A DNA stretch of 64,000 nucleotides from Zootoca vivipara (Eukaryota): assembly GCF_963506605.1 (NCBI RefSeq), contig NC_083276.1:52700001-52764000 (forward strand), in the 5' to 3' direction. How positions within the stretch are numbered: the first letter of the stretch is position 1; each line of letters starts with the position of its first letter. Below are positions 25,492-38,154 of the stretch, piece by piece. A model generated the notes under the pieces. That model worked only from the letters and a program-made list of their open reading frames with translations, searched no databases and was not told the origin of the DNA. Made by a program: the position numbers and the translations under genes.

Positions 25492-28400
25492 GATCATGGG
25501 GGTAAATTTTATTCTTGTCTACGTACATTCAGTGGAAGGTCTGAAAAGAGTCTGTGAATCTAGAACTGTACATAGAGTATGCAGACATTCACCCACCCAA
25601 CACCTGGCAGGAGATCAGAACCATGCCTATTTGGCCAATAGTTCATATCCAGAGAACCAGGATTGGTGTAAAAGGAACATGTGCATGTACACCTTTTCTA
25701 TGCACTCAGGAATCCTGATTGCTCCAAGATTGCCTGGGGGAGCTCTACACTCACAGACCTCTTTCACACTAATGCTAAATGCGTGGGAGATTCCCCAACC
25801 AGTGGGCATACCAATATCAGTGGCACCATCCTGCTCCCCTCTGCACATTTAGTGAATGTGTGTGTGGACATTTGCACATAACAGATGTGATTTGGAACAC
25901 AGATGGCTTCGCTGAGATCCTTGTGCACCATGTCGTGGCTGATGGGTCACATTCAGCTTGGTGGGCCACAAGTTGTATGAGTGTAGTTTAAACAAAGCAC
26001 CACTACAACAGTTTCTGGGAATGATAAGAACCACAGTAGTGCATGAATAAGTGAAGCCAATGAACATGGCTTCTTGAAAGCTGTGAAGTTCCAGTGGTAG
26101 AAACAAATGCAAACTACATTGCATTTCTTATTGTTGAAGGCGGCAGTGAACAGATTGCCCTAGTCATTTCTTTCTATTTATGTGTGTACCACTAATATAG
26201 AAAATTCCCCAACATTTTTAGTGTTTTAGTATTTGTGGTTGTGCACATGGCTCTTTCTTGTGACAGGAATCATGGAATCTCCAATACGCATAAGTGGTTT
26301 AGAATTTGGTTTTATGTCTCATCATTGAGATGCCATTGACCCGGATCACTATATAACAAGTGATTCATGTTTAAAGGGTGACATTTATTAGACCAATTAA
26401 GTGTCTGTGTTCAGCCTATCATAAAGCTGTAGCAGAACTGATGGATTATGATAACATTATTGCTCGTGCTGCTAATGCAATCCTGGTAGAGGTGTCATTC
26501 AATCAGAAATTAGGAGTTGATAAAAAATAAAAAATACTTGTGGGTACCTCTTTCCTCTGCCTAAAGTTGGCCTTAGTGGTGAAACCACCTTTTCCAGCCC
26601 TCAATGATGCCTTAACTGACATGGGTATGCCCTTCTCGCTCAACACAGATCTTCATCTATGGTCCTCTTTTTGATTCTCCTGTTTTCTGTCTCCATCTCT
26701 CTGTGACTGCTTTGTTCTGACTTGGACTGTGTGTGGGTGATTTGGCTTCTTGCATCTTCCTGATATAGACATTTAGGACAGGCAGTGAACTAACCTGGAT
26801 CTAAGCTAAGCATCCTGAGGCCCCTTGGGTGAAGGGTGTCTGACCAACCATCTCACATTGTTGTCCACCCCAATGGGTTGCTTGGTCTGTTGTTCTTTTG
26901 ACCTGAAGGAATTGCTCTGCTGAACTCTGGACAACAGTAACTGAGGAGGAAAACAACCCTTCCCTCCAGCACATGTTCATGGTGAGTTGGCAATGAGAGC
27001 CTCACCTCAGGTGATTGGGTTTGAGCTGAGGTGGTGTTGCATAACCTTTATTTGCCCACTGTTATGAACTTCACACCAAATATATGTGTTGAGAGTATTC
27101 ACTCTGGGTGTGTGTGTGTGTGTGAAATATTTGTTTTCTTTATACTGTGTTTTATAACCATTGCGAGCTGTTCTGGGGACTTTGAAACAGAAGAGTAACA
27201 TAGAAAAGGATTAAATAAATAAAAAAAGTTCCCAAAACATTATTGTTTCTGTGCATAATAAATGTGCAGCTGTGACTCACTTTAATGCAGGATGCAGATG
27301 TCTTCCCTTGAGAAAGCTTTTCCACTGTTAGGGTATCACAGTTCCATAGCATTCAATCAAAATCTTCTGTTACTAGGATAAAGGGGGTTCTTCCTTCACC
27401 GTGTTGACTGGAATAATGGCGGAAAGTGGAATGTCACATTCATCTGCCGTGCGGGACACAATTTTTTTCCTCATCATTAAAACAGATTTCATTCTTATTG
27501 TTTTATTTGCATAGTTTCTTTTGTGGAACACGAACTGCAGTGGAATGGAAACACTGTCCACTCAATGAATACAGTGCAGAATGGAAAACAATGCATTCTT
27601 AAATACCTACCCATAAGTTAGGGCTCAGAATCAATGGTTATTTAAAAATAGAAGCAAAAGGTACTAATTTCCTGCTCAGGATTGCGCTAGTGAAGGAGAG
27701 AAAGAAAAGAGTTGCCAACCTCATTATTATTAGCTTGGCAAAGCCTCTGTCTTTTTAACACTGGGACAAGTTAGCAGCAGAACCTTTTCTTGATATGGAG
27801 CTTCAGAGATGGCAAAACCTCACATTGCAATGCAGTTGTCCTTGCCATTTTTTTTTAAATATGGCAACATTAACAAGAGCAAACCAAAATATATTGCTTT
27901 GCATTCCCCCCACTATAATTTTGCCTACTAATTGCAATAATAAAACATAACCATTGTGTTGCTTTATATAGGCAAGTTTCGTCCTCCCCCCTATTTTGTA
28001 AGCAACAGAGGCTTCCATGTTTTGTACCTGATAACCAGCTCTTAACATATGATTATCATTTGAAAACAAACTTGAAAAAATATATTCAGAGAACATTGCT
28101 TTTCATTTCACGAACGACCATTGCCCTCTGTAGCCCTTTGTCTGCCTACCCATCTATCTTTCCGCGCTTTCCTTCCATGCTTTTTGTGTAATATAATTTG
28201 CACAGACAACAGAGAGAAAGGCAGGGGGGGGGGAGAGAGAGAGAGAGAAAGTGACTGTCACTGGCAGTTTCGGTGATCTGAGGGATAATGTCTGTTGAAA
28301 GCGCTGAGTGACATGTACCCAAAGAAAAAATGAGGGGAGAAAGCTTAAAGAGTTTAGTGAAAATTGTATTGCTAAAGGTGACTTGTTAGCTCTGGTGATA

Positions 28401-29081
28401 ACTGGAGTGCTAATGTGGTTACAGAGGCTACATCAATTGATTTGGTAAGTTGTTCCCAATTATGGCAGCCAGAATTCATGAGAGGCAGCAACAGAGTTTG
28501 GGAAATTGATGGAAGCTTTACGAGAGGCTAATCAGCTGCCATAAGGTTTCTTTGTCATCGTTAAATATTCCAAACAAGTTCCACAACTAACTAACAATCT
28601 GAGGATGAAAGATTCAGTTGTTTTTTTGAGCGCCCAGGAGTTTCCGCAAACAGCTGAAGGAAAAATATATAATATTTTAATGGTTTAAATTCCCACCCCT
28701 GGTTCAGTTTTCTCCACATTTCAGTGAGTGACATAAATCTCTATGGTCAGGGGAAACTCCCTGCACAAAAGTAGTATTGGTAGTGAAAGAGGATGGAGAT
28801 TTATATGGGTGGAGATTTATAGGATGGGCGAAGCATCCTTAGTCTCTCATGGGTTTCTGTTGACTATAGACCTGTTTCTCACTCAGCTGCTAAATCTTGT
28901 TCATATTTGTAGTGGAACCAGGGGAGTACAGCTCAATTTTAGTTCAGATTGAAAAGCAGGATGGTAATCAGAAAAGATCCATCTAAATAAGCTTGTCATT
29001 GAGATTTTCAGACAATTACACCCCAGTAGCAAGACTCTTCATTTTAGAAGGACTTTTCAAACATGGTACCACCATATATAG

Positions 29082-29412
29082 CAAGGGTCCCCAAAGTTAC
29101 CCGGCTTCTGGCCGGTTCCTCTGGCGCCGATCATGTGGCAGGCCGGTGGGCGGGGGAACGCGCTCCCATATGCGTGCACACTCGCTCTTTTTGGCGCGGC
29201 GCCGGAAATGGCTTCTGTGCATGCACAGACGTCATTTTCGGTGCACTTCCAGGACAGTGCGGCACCGGAAATAGCTTGAGCCATGCTGACCCGGAGATGG
29301 GCAACCGCACCGCGGCACGGTGGTAAGAGCGGGCGGCGGGGGTCATTGGGGGGCACACAATTATCTCGCATGGGCCGCATCTGGCCCCCGGGCCTTAGTT
29401 TGGAAACCCCTG
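29082..29412. mobile_element. hAT (Charlie-type) MITE with GC-rich interior
   Basis: TIRs CAAGGGTCCCCAAA / TTTGGAAACCCCTG. 8-bp TSD ATATATAG at 29074-29081 and 29413-29420. Confidence 0.9.
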
Positions 29413-30122
29413 ATATATAGTGTTGCTGCTAATTGCTTTTAAGTTGTTGTTTTATGAATTTATTGCAACTTTCACTAACACCTCAAAGCTATGTTTTATT
29501 CTCTACTTCTTCTTTTTAAAACAGTTTTGTTGTTGCTGGAAATATGTTTGCTAGGTGCCTAAAGTGCAGGAAAGAATGGTTAGAAATAATAAAAATTAAA
29601 CCATATGACTAGTGTACTATTGGGGGATCTCTGCTTTCAGAGTAGCATCAGGGTTCTCACATACATGCTGCTGCTTCAGTTTGACAATGTTTTAGCAAAG
29701 CTTCTCAGAACGCAGAGCATTCTCTTTCCTTCCTCAAATGCTTTCCTTATAAAACAGGGCACATTCATTCTGAATCTTTCAAATCAATACCCAGGCAGTT
29801 GGATGATCTGCATACCAATTGGCTCACAAATTTATACCCTGTCTGACTCTGCCAAAAGGATTAAAAATCACTCATGAAACAACAGCTCCTTGTAATCACA
29901 TCAAGCCAGACTTCAATAATAATTCAGGCATATAAAAGCCTTTCAGTTCTAGATGCATTAAAAAATAGTTTCTTTTCATTTTCCAAATTCTGGTTTAGAT
30001 GCTAACTTTTCATTTTTGAAAATGTTTCTTGCTCACTATTAGCTGATTCTCCTCTCCTCAGGGAATCCCACCTTTCTATTGACTACAAGCATTTTCCCTT
30101 TATTAACAAAAAGAGATGGTGG

Positions 30123-30233
30123 CAGGGTAGCTCAAATGATTGATAAGGGGCATTACAGAGGAGAACCTTTTCACCTCAAGATCATCATTTCAGATCAACC
30201 TCTTATGAATTGTGACTGAAAGTCATTACCTTC
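30123..30233 (+). mobile_element. Probable LF-SINE 5' remnant
   Basis: GGGTAGCTCA...GATTG.TAA.GGG...CCTTTTCACCTC.AGATCA...TTCAGATC...GTGACTGAAAGTCATTACC resembles the recalled LF-SINE head. Confidence 0.6.
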
Positions 30234-30832
30234 AAATTTCAGCCCAAGACATTACACTGGATCTTTCTGGCGCCATGTCCTTAGGAGAAAAACATTTGAA
30301 GCTGCAACCGTGACATGCACACACATGAACCATGGGGAAAGTGGTGAGGAGCTCCTATCAGGGAGTAAAATCTAGCATCACATGATTTGTAAGAATCACA
30401 TGTTGTAAGCACCCTTACAACACTTCAGGGGCTAATACTACCTTTAGGCTAACAGTGAAATGTGTGCCTGACTGTGCTCTACAAAGCATTTAGTCAGACA
30501 GATTCTTGCTGCTGATTTCCTGCAGGTTGAGGGGGTTGCATGAAGAGAGACTCGCCCCCCCCCAATTCAATCTGTCTCTGTCCTCCTTGCATATGTTAGA
30601 CCCTGCTGAGGGGTGTGCGCAGAACAAACCAGGGGGCTTAAAAAAATATGGTCATGCTCCCATGGCTAAAATGATGTTTGCATAGCAGGCATTGGTCCAC
30701 ACACCTTCAACATGCAAGTACATATAAAATCAATAGACAGAAAATTTGAGCTGATATAAAAATAAGGATGCACTAGATCCTAAATATCACCTGCCTTTGT
30801 TTCTCCTATCTGCTTTAAAAACGCCTGGTAAA

Positions 30833-30969
30833 CAAGGATTTTTTTCAAGCTGGAACTCACAGGAACTCAACTGCGGCACCTTTCAGGTGGGCGCCATTAC
30901 CATTCTAAGAGAACGAGGGAGGCATTCATGATGAGTTCCGACACCTCTTTTTCTAGAAAAATAGCACTG
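30833..30969. mobile_element. hAT MITE
   Basis: Ends CAAGGATTTTTTTC / GAAAAATAGCACTG. 8-bp TSD CTGGTAAA / CAGGTAAA. Confidence 0.75.
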
Positions 30970-31608
30970 CAGGTAAATATGCCACACAGATTCCATTAAA
31001 ATGTTTGATGCTTGATTTCTTCTACAAGAGGATATAAGAAGGCATCCTTTCTGCCCTGCATTTTTTTTACATGCAGCACTGTTTCCATTCTGCTCAAGTC
31101 TATCTTCTGCCAAAAAGAGTGTTATTCATCCTGCTGCCTGATGCATCAAATGTACCTAATCTGCATAATTTACATACATATGTAATAATTGGGCAGTAAA
31201 TTATTAAATCATCTAATTATATTTTCATTATATTATTCCACCCCATTCATTTCAATCAACTACATAACATTTGTGGACTAAAAGTAACAGAAAGAGTGAA
31301 TACCAATCATATTTGCTAGATTGAGTTCGCCTCTGGATCTGGGACGAATAAGTGAATATTGGCAATTTCTGCTCCTATTTCTTTTTTCATCAGAATTGTC
31401 TGTCATCTCTACTTCCACATGGCAGTTTATTTTGGACTCAGTACCACTCAAGCATGCAAGCTTTTCACAGCAGCCACACATATTATTTTGTCATTTAATC
31501 CAGATTTACCCTTTATCAGAAAATCAAGTAAGTAAGAAATCCCATGTAAACAAATGGTATAGGGGTATATGGAATTCATTGTGATGAGGACTACGTCATG
31601 TGGATGCT

Positions 31609-31622
31609 ACACACACACACAC

Positions 31623-31661
<39 letters not shown>
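31609..31661. repeat. (CA)n microsatellite
   Basis: Seen directly. Confidence 0.96.
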
Positions 31662-31664
<3 letters not shown>

Positions 31665-31698
31665 CATGTATAAGCAGCACCAAGTCCACAATAAACTA

Positions 31699-31789
31699 TG
31701 ACAAACTTAGTTGGTCTCTAAGGTGCTGCTGGAAGGATTTTTTGTTTGTTTGGAGTACATCAGACCAACATGGCTACTACCTACCTGTA
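31699..31789 (+). mobile_element. Penelope-like element terminal fragment
   Basis: AAACTTAGTTGGTCTCTAAGGTGC...CAGACCAACATGGCTAC matches the recalled reptile PLE end. 14-bp direct repeat TCCACAATAAACTA at 31685-31698 and 31790-31803. Confidence 0.75.
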
Positions 31790-34060
31790 TCCACAATAAA
31801 CTACTGTCTAAAACTTTGAGCACAATATATTTAGTGTTTAGCACTTGCTAGTCCCTTTGATCTCTATCAGAAAGATTTACAGTGCACTCTATCCATACCT
31901 ACTCAGAATTAAACCCAATTGACTTTAACGGGGCTTACTCATTTGGTACTGCAACTTCAGATGACCACCTAAAAGTTTCTAGATGCTTCTTTAACAGAAA
32001 GCTAGGATAAAAGAATGTGTTTATTTGTACGCAATGCAACCCCCCTGTATGTAAAAACATTCAAGGTAGTTTAGAGTAAGGAACTGATAACTCCAGTGGT
32101 GGCTTCATTTATTTTCCAATCCTGTCTCTAGATTATCCTGTGATCTTTGAAGTTCATTTAATTTCACTTTGCTCTGTTTGCTGTTTTCCCCATATGGAGC
32201 ATAGTTTACTGAAACTTGCATTTAAACACCAATACATTAGGCTCATAAAAAACAAACTATATGAATGCAATGAGCTAATATGATCAGTTCTATGTTCTAC
32301 TGTCCCTAATAATCTGCTTTGAAATGGCAATGCCTGTGCTATGTTTTAGCTGGTAAGCATTGCGTAATGAAACTGAGATCACTATGTATCATTTCAGCCA
32401 CCTACACAGCCCATATTTACCCAGCATTTGGACAACCCTTATGCTCTTCTGTTACTAATAGCAACAACAAATGGGACCTTCAACAAAATGTCACAATGTG
32501 GAGTGCACCTGTTCAGTGTTCAAGTTAGCCAAGCCATACCTTCTTCCATGTAATTTCCCCTTTTCTGTCTCCTTCAATATTACATGCCCACTGAACAAGC
32601 TTAATCCTTAGCAGGCTGTTTTGGGGCTTTTTTGCCCACTTAGGTCCCCTCTGCACTATATGTGTGTGTTTGTATCTTATTATATAATAAAAATGTAAGA
32701 ATGTCATCACACTAGTGCTCTTGCTAACAATGTGCATGAGTGCAGCCAGCTCTAATTGAACATTCTCCCTGCATGCACACACAACTTGATCAGGGAGGGA
32801 GGGAAAAACTTGGGCAGGGGTGTATGTGAGTCACTGAGAGAGGAGAACAAAGGAGCCAAAGTGGCCTGGGGAGAGATAAGTTCTTGTCAAGCTCAACCTG
32901 CACCTACATAAGCGGGACTCCACTAGGTCTCTGTTCACTCTGGTGATCTCACTAAAGGAGTTGGGGTAGGAAAGAGGGTGAGGAAAACCTACTGATTCAC
33001 ACCCACTAAGGTGTTAGTAGGAAAACCACCAGCATGTTCTCTTCCTGTGGAGCAAGTGAGTGTGCCATTGTTAGGGACTCAGTGCTGCCCAGCTGCCTTC
33101 TCTAGGCAGAGACTCCAGCTTCGTCTTTGCTTGAGCCAGCACTGCTGACTGAGGGGCTGCCTCAGAAGAGCAGCTTAACACACACACCCCCCAAGCCCTG
33201 GTTCATATTTCCACAAACTTAGGTGACCTGCTGAGTCTTCTCACTTTTTTCTTGGTGATGTCAAGCACCAGTTTTCTCTGAACCTTGCTCACCTCCCAAT
33301 GCAGTTGTCCTTGACTCAATCTATCATTTCCAATGGAGAGGGGTATTGGTTAAACCAGCTCTAGGTTGGCATAGGTGGTGGTGGTAGGAGCTGTGAGCCT
33401 CCCCATCAAATGAAGATGCTTGGATCTAGTAGTTCTATGAGTGAGTTTCTCCATCCTATGCTCTTATGCCTCTAGAATACCAATGGAAACACCATCAGTG
33501 GTGGATTTATGCCAATGGTGCTTTTGTACAGATAGTGGGAACTTTCCCCCTCTCTGTCTTGAATGCCGAGCTTTTTTTGGCTACTGGAAGAGCAGTTCTG
33601 CACAGTCCTAACCAGCCTGAGCAGATCACGGGGTTAGGATTGTTTGCAAACCAATAACCTCCCATGCTACATCGACAACACTACCCTGAATAGGTCATCT
33701 TCCTTTCTTATATGTAATATCCAAAGTAAATTTGCCAAATTTCTGTTTCTGCTCAGTAATGACATTTCAGCAGGACAACACACTATACTTTTAGTTGTTA
33801 AATATTTGAAGGTCATTCTGTGTTTTTCTTTGTAGTATAATTCAGATTAGTATATTTACAAACTCTTCATTGGTAATTCCCACCCAGTTCATCAGTCAGA
33901 TATGATAGTACCTAATGCATAATTACAGAACAATCTGATCCCTTTCAGTTGCTTTAGCAGCTGATGGAGGTAGTTGCCAGTGTTGGCTTGGCAACAGTTT
34001 CTCAGAAATCTTTGCCTGACAGCCAGCATAGAGCTGAGGCAAAGCATTCTTAGTCTATAC

Positions 34061-34196
34061 CAGGCATCCCCAAACTGCGGCCCTCCAGATGTTTTGGCCT
34101 ACAACTCCCAGGATCCCTAGCTAACAGGACCAGTGGTCAGGGATGATGGGAATTGTAGTCCAAAACATCTGGAGGGCCAAAGTTTGGGGATGCCTG
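34061..34196. mobile_element. 136-bp hAT MITE
   Basis: TIRs CAGGCATCCCCAAACT / AGTTTGGGGATGCCTG. 8-bp TSD GTCTATAC. Confidence 0.95.
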
Positions 34197-34342
34197 GTCT
34201 ATACTGTAAGGAAAAGGCCGTGACAGATATAGGCTGCCATCATTGTTTCTATTCGGAAGGCAGACAATTCCAATGTGCTCCGGCTTTTTGTTTCAAATTC
34301 TTCCTGATTCCAGAAAATAAAGACTTGGTCTGGCTTTCATAA

Positions 34343-34955
34343 GGACATAAGAAGAGCCTGCTGGATTGGGCCAGTGCTATTAGTTCAGCACTCTGTTTTC
34401 ATAGTTGCCAATCAGATGCCTATGGGAAGTTTGCAAGCAGGACTTGGGTGCAACAGCACTTTCCCTTCTGGCAGTTTCCAGCAGCTGGTATTCAGAAACC
34501 ACCACATATTGTGCAAGCAAATTCCAAAGTTGTACTATGTGCTGTGTGAAGACAGTCCTGAATCTTCCAAAATTCAGCTTCATTGGATGTCCCCAAGTTC
34601 TAGTATTATGAGAGAGGGAGAAAAACTTTTCTTTCTCCACACCATCATAATTTTAAACACTTATATTGTGTGACCTCTCACTCACCTTTTCTCTAAACTA
34701 AAAAGCTACAAATGCTGTAACCTTTCCTCAGAGGGGAGTTACTTCATCTGCCTGACCATTTTGGTCGACCTTTTCTGAACCTTTTCCATCTCTACAATAT
34801 TCTTTTTCAGGTGAGGTGACCAGAACTGTACACGGTATTGCAAGTGCGGTTGCACCATCAATTTATATAACTGTGTGATGATATCAACATCATTTTCATT
34901 TTCAATTCCTTCCCCAATGATTCCAAGCATAAAATTTACCTTTTTCACAGTTGCC
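34343..34955 (-). mobile_element. CR1 LINE 3' fragment (degraded ORF2 plus 3' UTR)
   Basis: Encodes KKVNFMLGII..GIEN...LYK.MV.PHL.Y.VQFWSPHLKK.I.EMEKVQKR.TKM and TRTWGHPMKL. Tail (TTCTTATG). Confidence 0.9.
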
Positions 34956-35658
34956 GCAGTTTAGCACAACACAAGGAAACCTGAGTCAGCCACCAGGTCA
35001 AATCTTTGTTTTCTCTTAACTAGAGTAACCTAAACCAGTTTCAGCCTGCTGTTTTCAATAAAAGTTTCTCAAGATGCCATCTAAAGAAAGAAGACTTTCT
35101 TACCTGGGTTATCTCCACCGCCTGTCCATTCCAACTACCTGTACTGACAAATTATAAATCAGGTTGTACAGACAAATATTTGAGCCGAATGCTAGATGTT
35201 AATTGGTTTTCATGACATAACCAATATAATTTTGAATGGCTGTTAGGAGCTCAATCTAATACCACCTTCCCCTAAACACAAAGGATTCAAATAACTTAAA
35301 AATAATATCAAATTTGTCCTTGGAGTACATATCATAGATAGGAAGACCAAAAAACCCCACCAGATTGGATGCAGATGCATGTTGTTCATCTAGTCACTTA
35401 GTTAGGAGGTTAAGTGCATCAGAAATTCAGAATGCATTGGCTACATATGGTATTAAGAAGCACTCATAAATAATTCCAGGAAGGACTGAAATGAAGTCAA
35501 CAAGCTTCTATTGTTCCCCCTTCCTCCCCCAGTTCAAGACACATCATATAACAGAAATGTTACTTCAATTTCTCTACAAAAGAAAGGTGGACCAATAGTG
35601 CATGTTCCTCTTTTGTAAATGGCTTTCAAGTATAGAAGTACAACTTCCCCTCATGTTA

Positions 35659-36010
35659 GGTAAAGGTAAAAGGACCCCTGACCATTAGGTCCAGTCGTGA
35701 CCGACTCTCGGGTTGCGGCGCTCATCTCGCATTGTTGGCCGAGGGAGCTGGCTTACAGCTTCCAGGTCATGTGGCTAGCATGACAAAGCCGCTTCTGGCG
35801 AACCAGAGCAGCATATGGAAACGCTGTTTACCTTCCTGCTGGAGCGGTACCTATTTATCTACTTGCACTTTGACGTGCTTTTGAACTGCTAGGTAGGCAG
35901 GAGCTGGGACCGAGCAACGGGAGTTCACCCCATCACGGGGATTTGAACCGCTGACCTTCTGATCGGCAAGCCCTAGGCTCTGTGGTTTAGCCCACAGCGC
36001 CACCTGTGTC
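35659..36010 (-). mobile_element. Sauria SINE
   Basis: Full SINE body; 29-bp TSD at 35630-35658 and 36013-36041. Confidence 0.95.
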
Positions 36011-37022
36011 AGGTATAGAAGTACAACTTCCCCTCATGTTACCTCCTCATTAAAGTTCATGCAGCCACATTTTTGCCTTTGCCAGTTTGCATCTGTAACA
36101 AATGAGTGAATCATGATTAATTTTACAAGAAGCAATGTGTAAGCAATAAAACATGACAGAGCGTAGGCTGTAATGTGCTCATTAATGACAATATCCAAAT
36201 GTAAATGGCACATAAGTTTCAGATCTGTGAGCCTGTATCTCCAAAGAGGCAATCATGCCATCATTAAAAACTTGCACGAGTATATCCTAGTGGATTTGTA
36301 AAAAATATAATTATTTTGATGTTTGTGACAAAGAAAGCTGATTGTAGGCAATATACCCAAACTTTTAAGGACAAATGATTAGAGCAGGGCTAGACAATGT
36401 AAAGCCCTTCAACTCCCATCAGCTTCAGCCAGTATTATCAATAGCCAGGGATGATGGAAGTTATATTTCATAGCATTTGGAGGGATCATGTTAGGTAATG
36501 CAATGTAGACCAGTGCTTTCCAAATAGCTAATTACTGAGGACCCCCTATTTTTCAAAAGCCAAGCCACAAACTCCCAACTTTTGAAAATTTTGATAACTC
36601 TATGGTAGTTACATGTGCAAAGCAAAAAAAATTTTTTTGAAGAAAATGTGGGGTGGCCCCTATTAAGCAAAGGATTTTAGGTATACTAAAAAACAGATCA
36701 TAAAATTTGTGATATTACCACAAATTGACTATCCTCAGACAGTAGGAAAAACCTGTCTCCATTGCTCTGAATCTGAGATGGTACATCTTATAAAACTTTG
36801 CAGCATATGGTTCTGCTAACTGAGGTATCTTGCACCTTTAAGACAGGTGAAGGCTTGGTCAGGGCTTGATAAAGTATTGGTGAAGACTGAGTAGAAAACA
36901 GCTGGAATTTTGTTATGTTGGTAGTAGTAGTGGTGGTGGTGGTGGTAATATATAATTATTATTATTTAGTCCTCCTGTGTCCATGTTTCATCCCTGGCTT
37001 AAATAGATTAATTAGTTAAATA

Positions 37023-37239
37023 CAGTGGTACCTCGGGTTACAGACGCTTCAGGTTACAGACTCCGCTAACCCAGAAATAGTATCTCGGGTTAAGAACTTT
37101 GCTTCAGGATGAGAACAGAAATTGTGTGGTGGCGGCAGCAAGAGGTCCCATTAGCTAAAGTGGTACCTCAGGTTAAGAATAATTTCAGGTTATGAACGGA
37201 CCTCCAGAATGAATTAAGTTCGTAACCCGAGGTACATTG
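37023..37239. mobile_element. Tc1/mariner (Tigger/pogo-like) MITE
   Basis: TIRs CAGTGGTACCTCGGGTTAC / GTAACCCGAGGTACATTG with TA TSD. Confidence 0.9.
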
Positions 37240-37399
37240 TACAGTACTTATTTGTAGTGAGGTTTTTTATTCTTGCTGATTACCCAGTAGGAACAACCAA
37301 CTTTTGAATTTATCAGAATTCTGCCTACACCCAAATCTGTTTCCTCCTACCCCAAAATGTAGCCACATACATGTGGGAGCTCATTTATTTGAAAGTATG

Positions 37400-38091
37400 G
37401 GAGGGGTAGTACCTGTGGTGGGGGACACGTCTCATGCTCCTTCTGTGATAATATGCTCACCTTTAGTCCTCCACTCAGCTCTCACCTGTGGGCTCCTAGA
37501 AGCTGCCAGCATGCAATAGCACACAGCAGCCACACCCCAAGAACAGCTTTGACAGGCCAGCTAAACCAGGTGAGGGTTTAGTGATTTAGGGACTTCCCCT
37601 GCATGTGAAGACAGGTTCCGGTGGATTCAATGGATGAGACCAAGAGTGGGTCCAACGGTCAAGAAGGTGGTTTCTGCCTGTGCTGTAGAGGGAAGTAAGG
37701 GGCAAGTGAATCTCACCAACCTGGAAAGGTAGCCTGTATAGAAGGAAAACTCTGATCCTAAACCTCTGCTGCCTTGGGAGATATATTCAGGAGAAAAGAC
37801 TAAGGAGTCAACCCTACACAAATCTGGAGTGGAGTCCCTAAGGTGGTTGGGTGGCAGCTTCTACGCCTTCTTCTGGCAACTCCTGCAGCCCAGTTAGTGC
37901 CAAATGTATTGCTCTGCTTTTGGACCACCACATCAGTGAGGCTGAGTCTTGTCATCTGGGCAGCCCAGGACCTCTATACATTACTGCCTAGGCTTGCACC
38001 CTGTGGAGGTCAATTCAGTGCTGCTAATGCAGCAGTTTGACTTCACCCCTGGAGGCACATTTCATTGCCTCTCAAGACAAGTGCCAACAAC
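37400..38091 (+). mobile_element. Internally deleted RTE-derived element (5' UTR-like part joined to 3' end)
   Basis: RTE 5'-UTR-like AGAAGGAAAACTCTGATCCTAAACCTC (~37740), and a 3' end shared with 25426-25491 that ends in CCAACAAC. No ORF lies between them. Confidence 0.55.
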
Positions 38092-38154
38092 CCAACTTCC
38101 ATGTTATGTCTGTGTGCAAAGTTCTAAAGGTGTCTATGTTCCAGCTGGGTCCAG

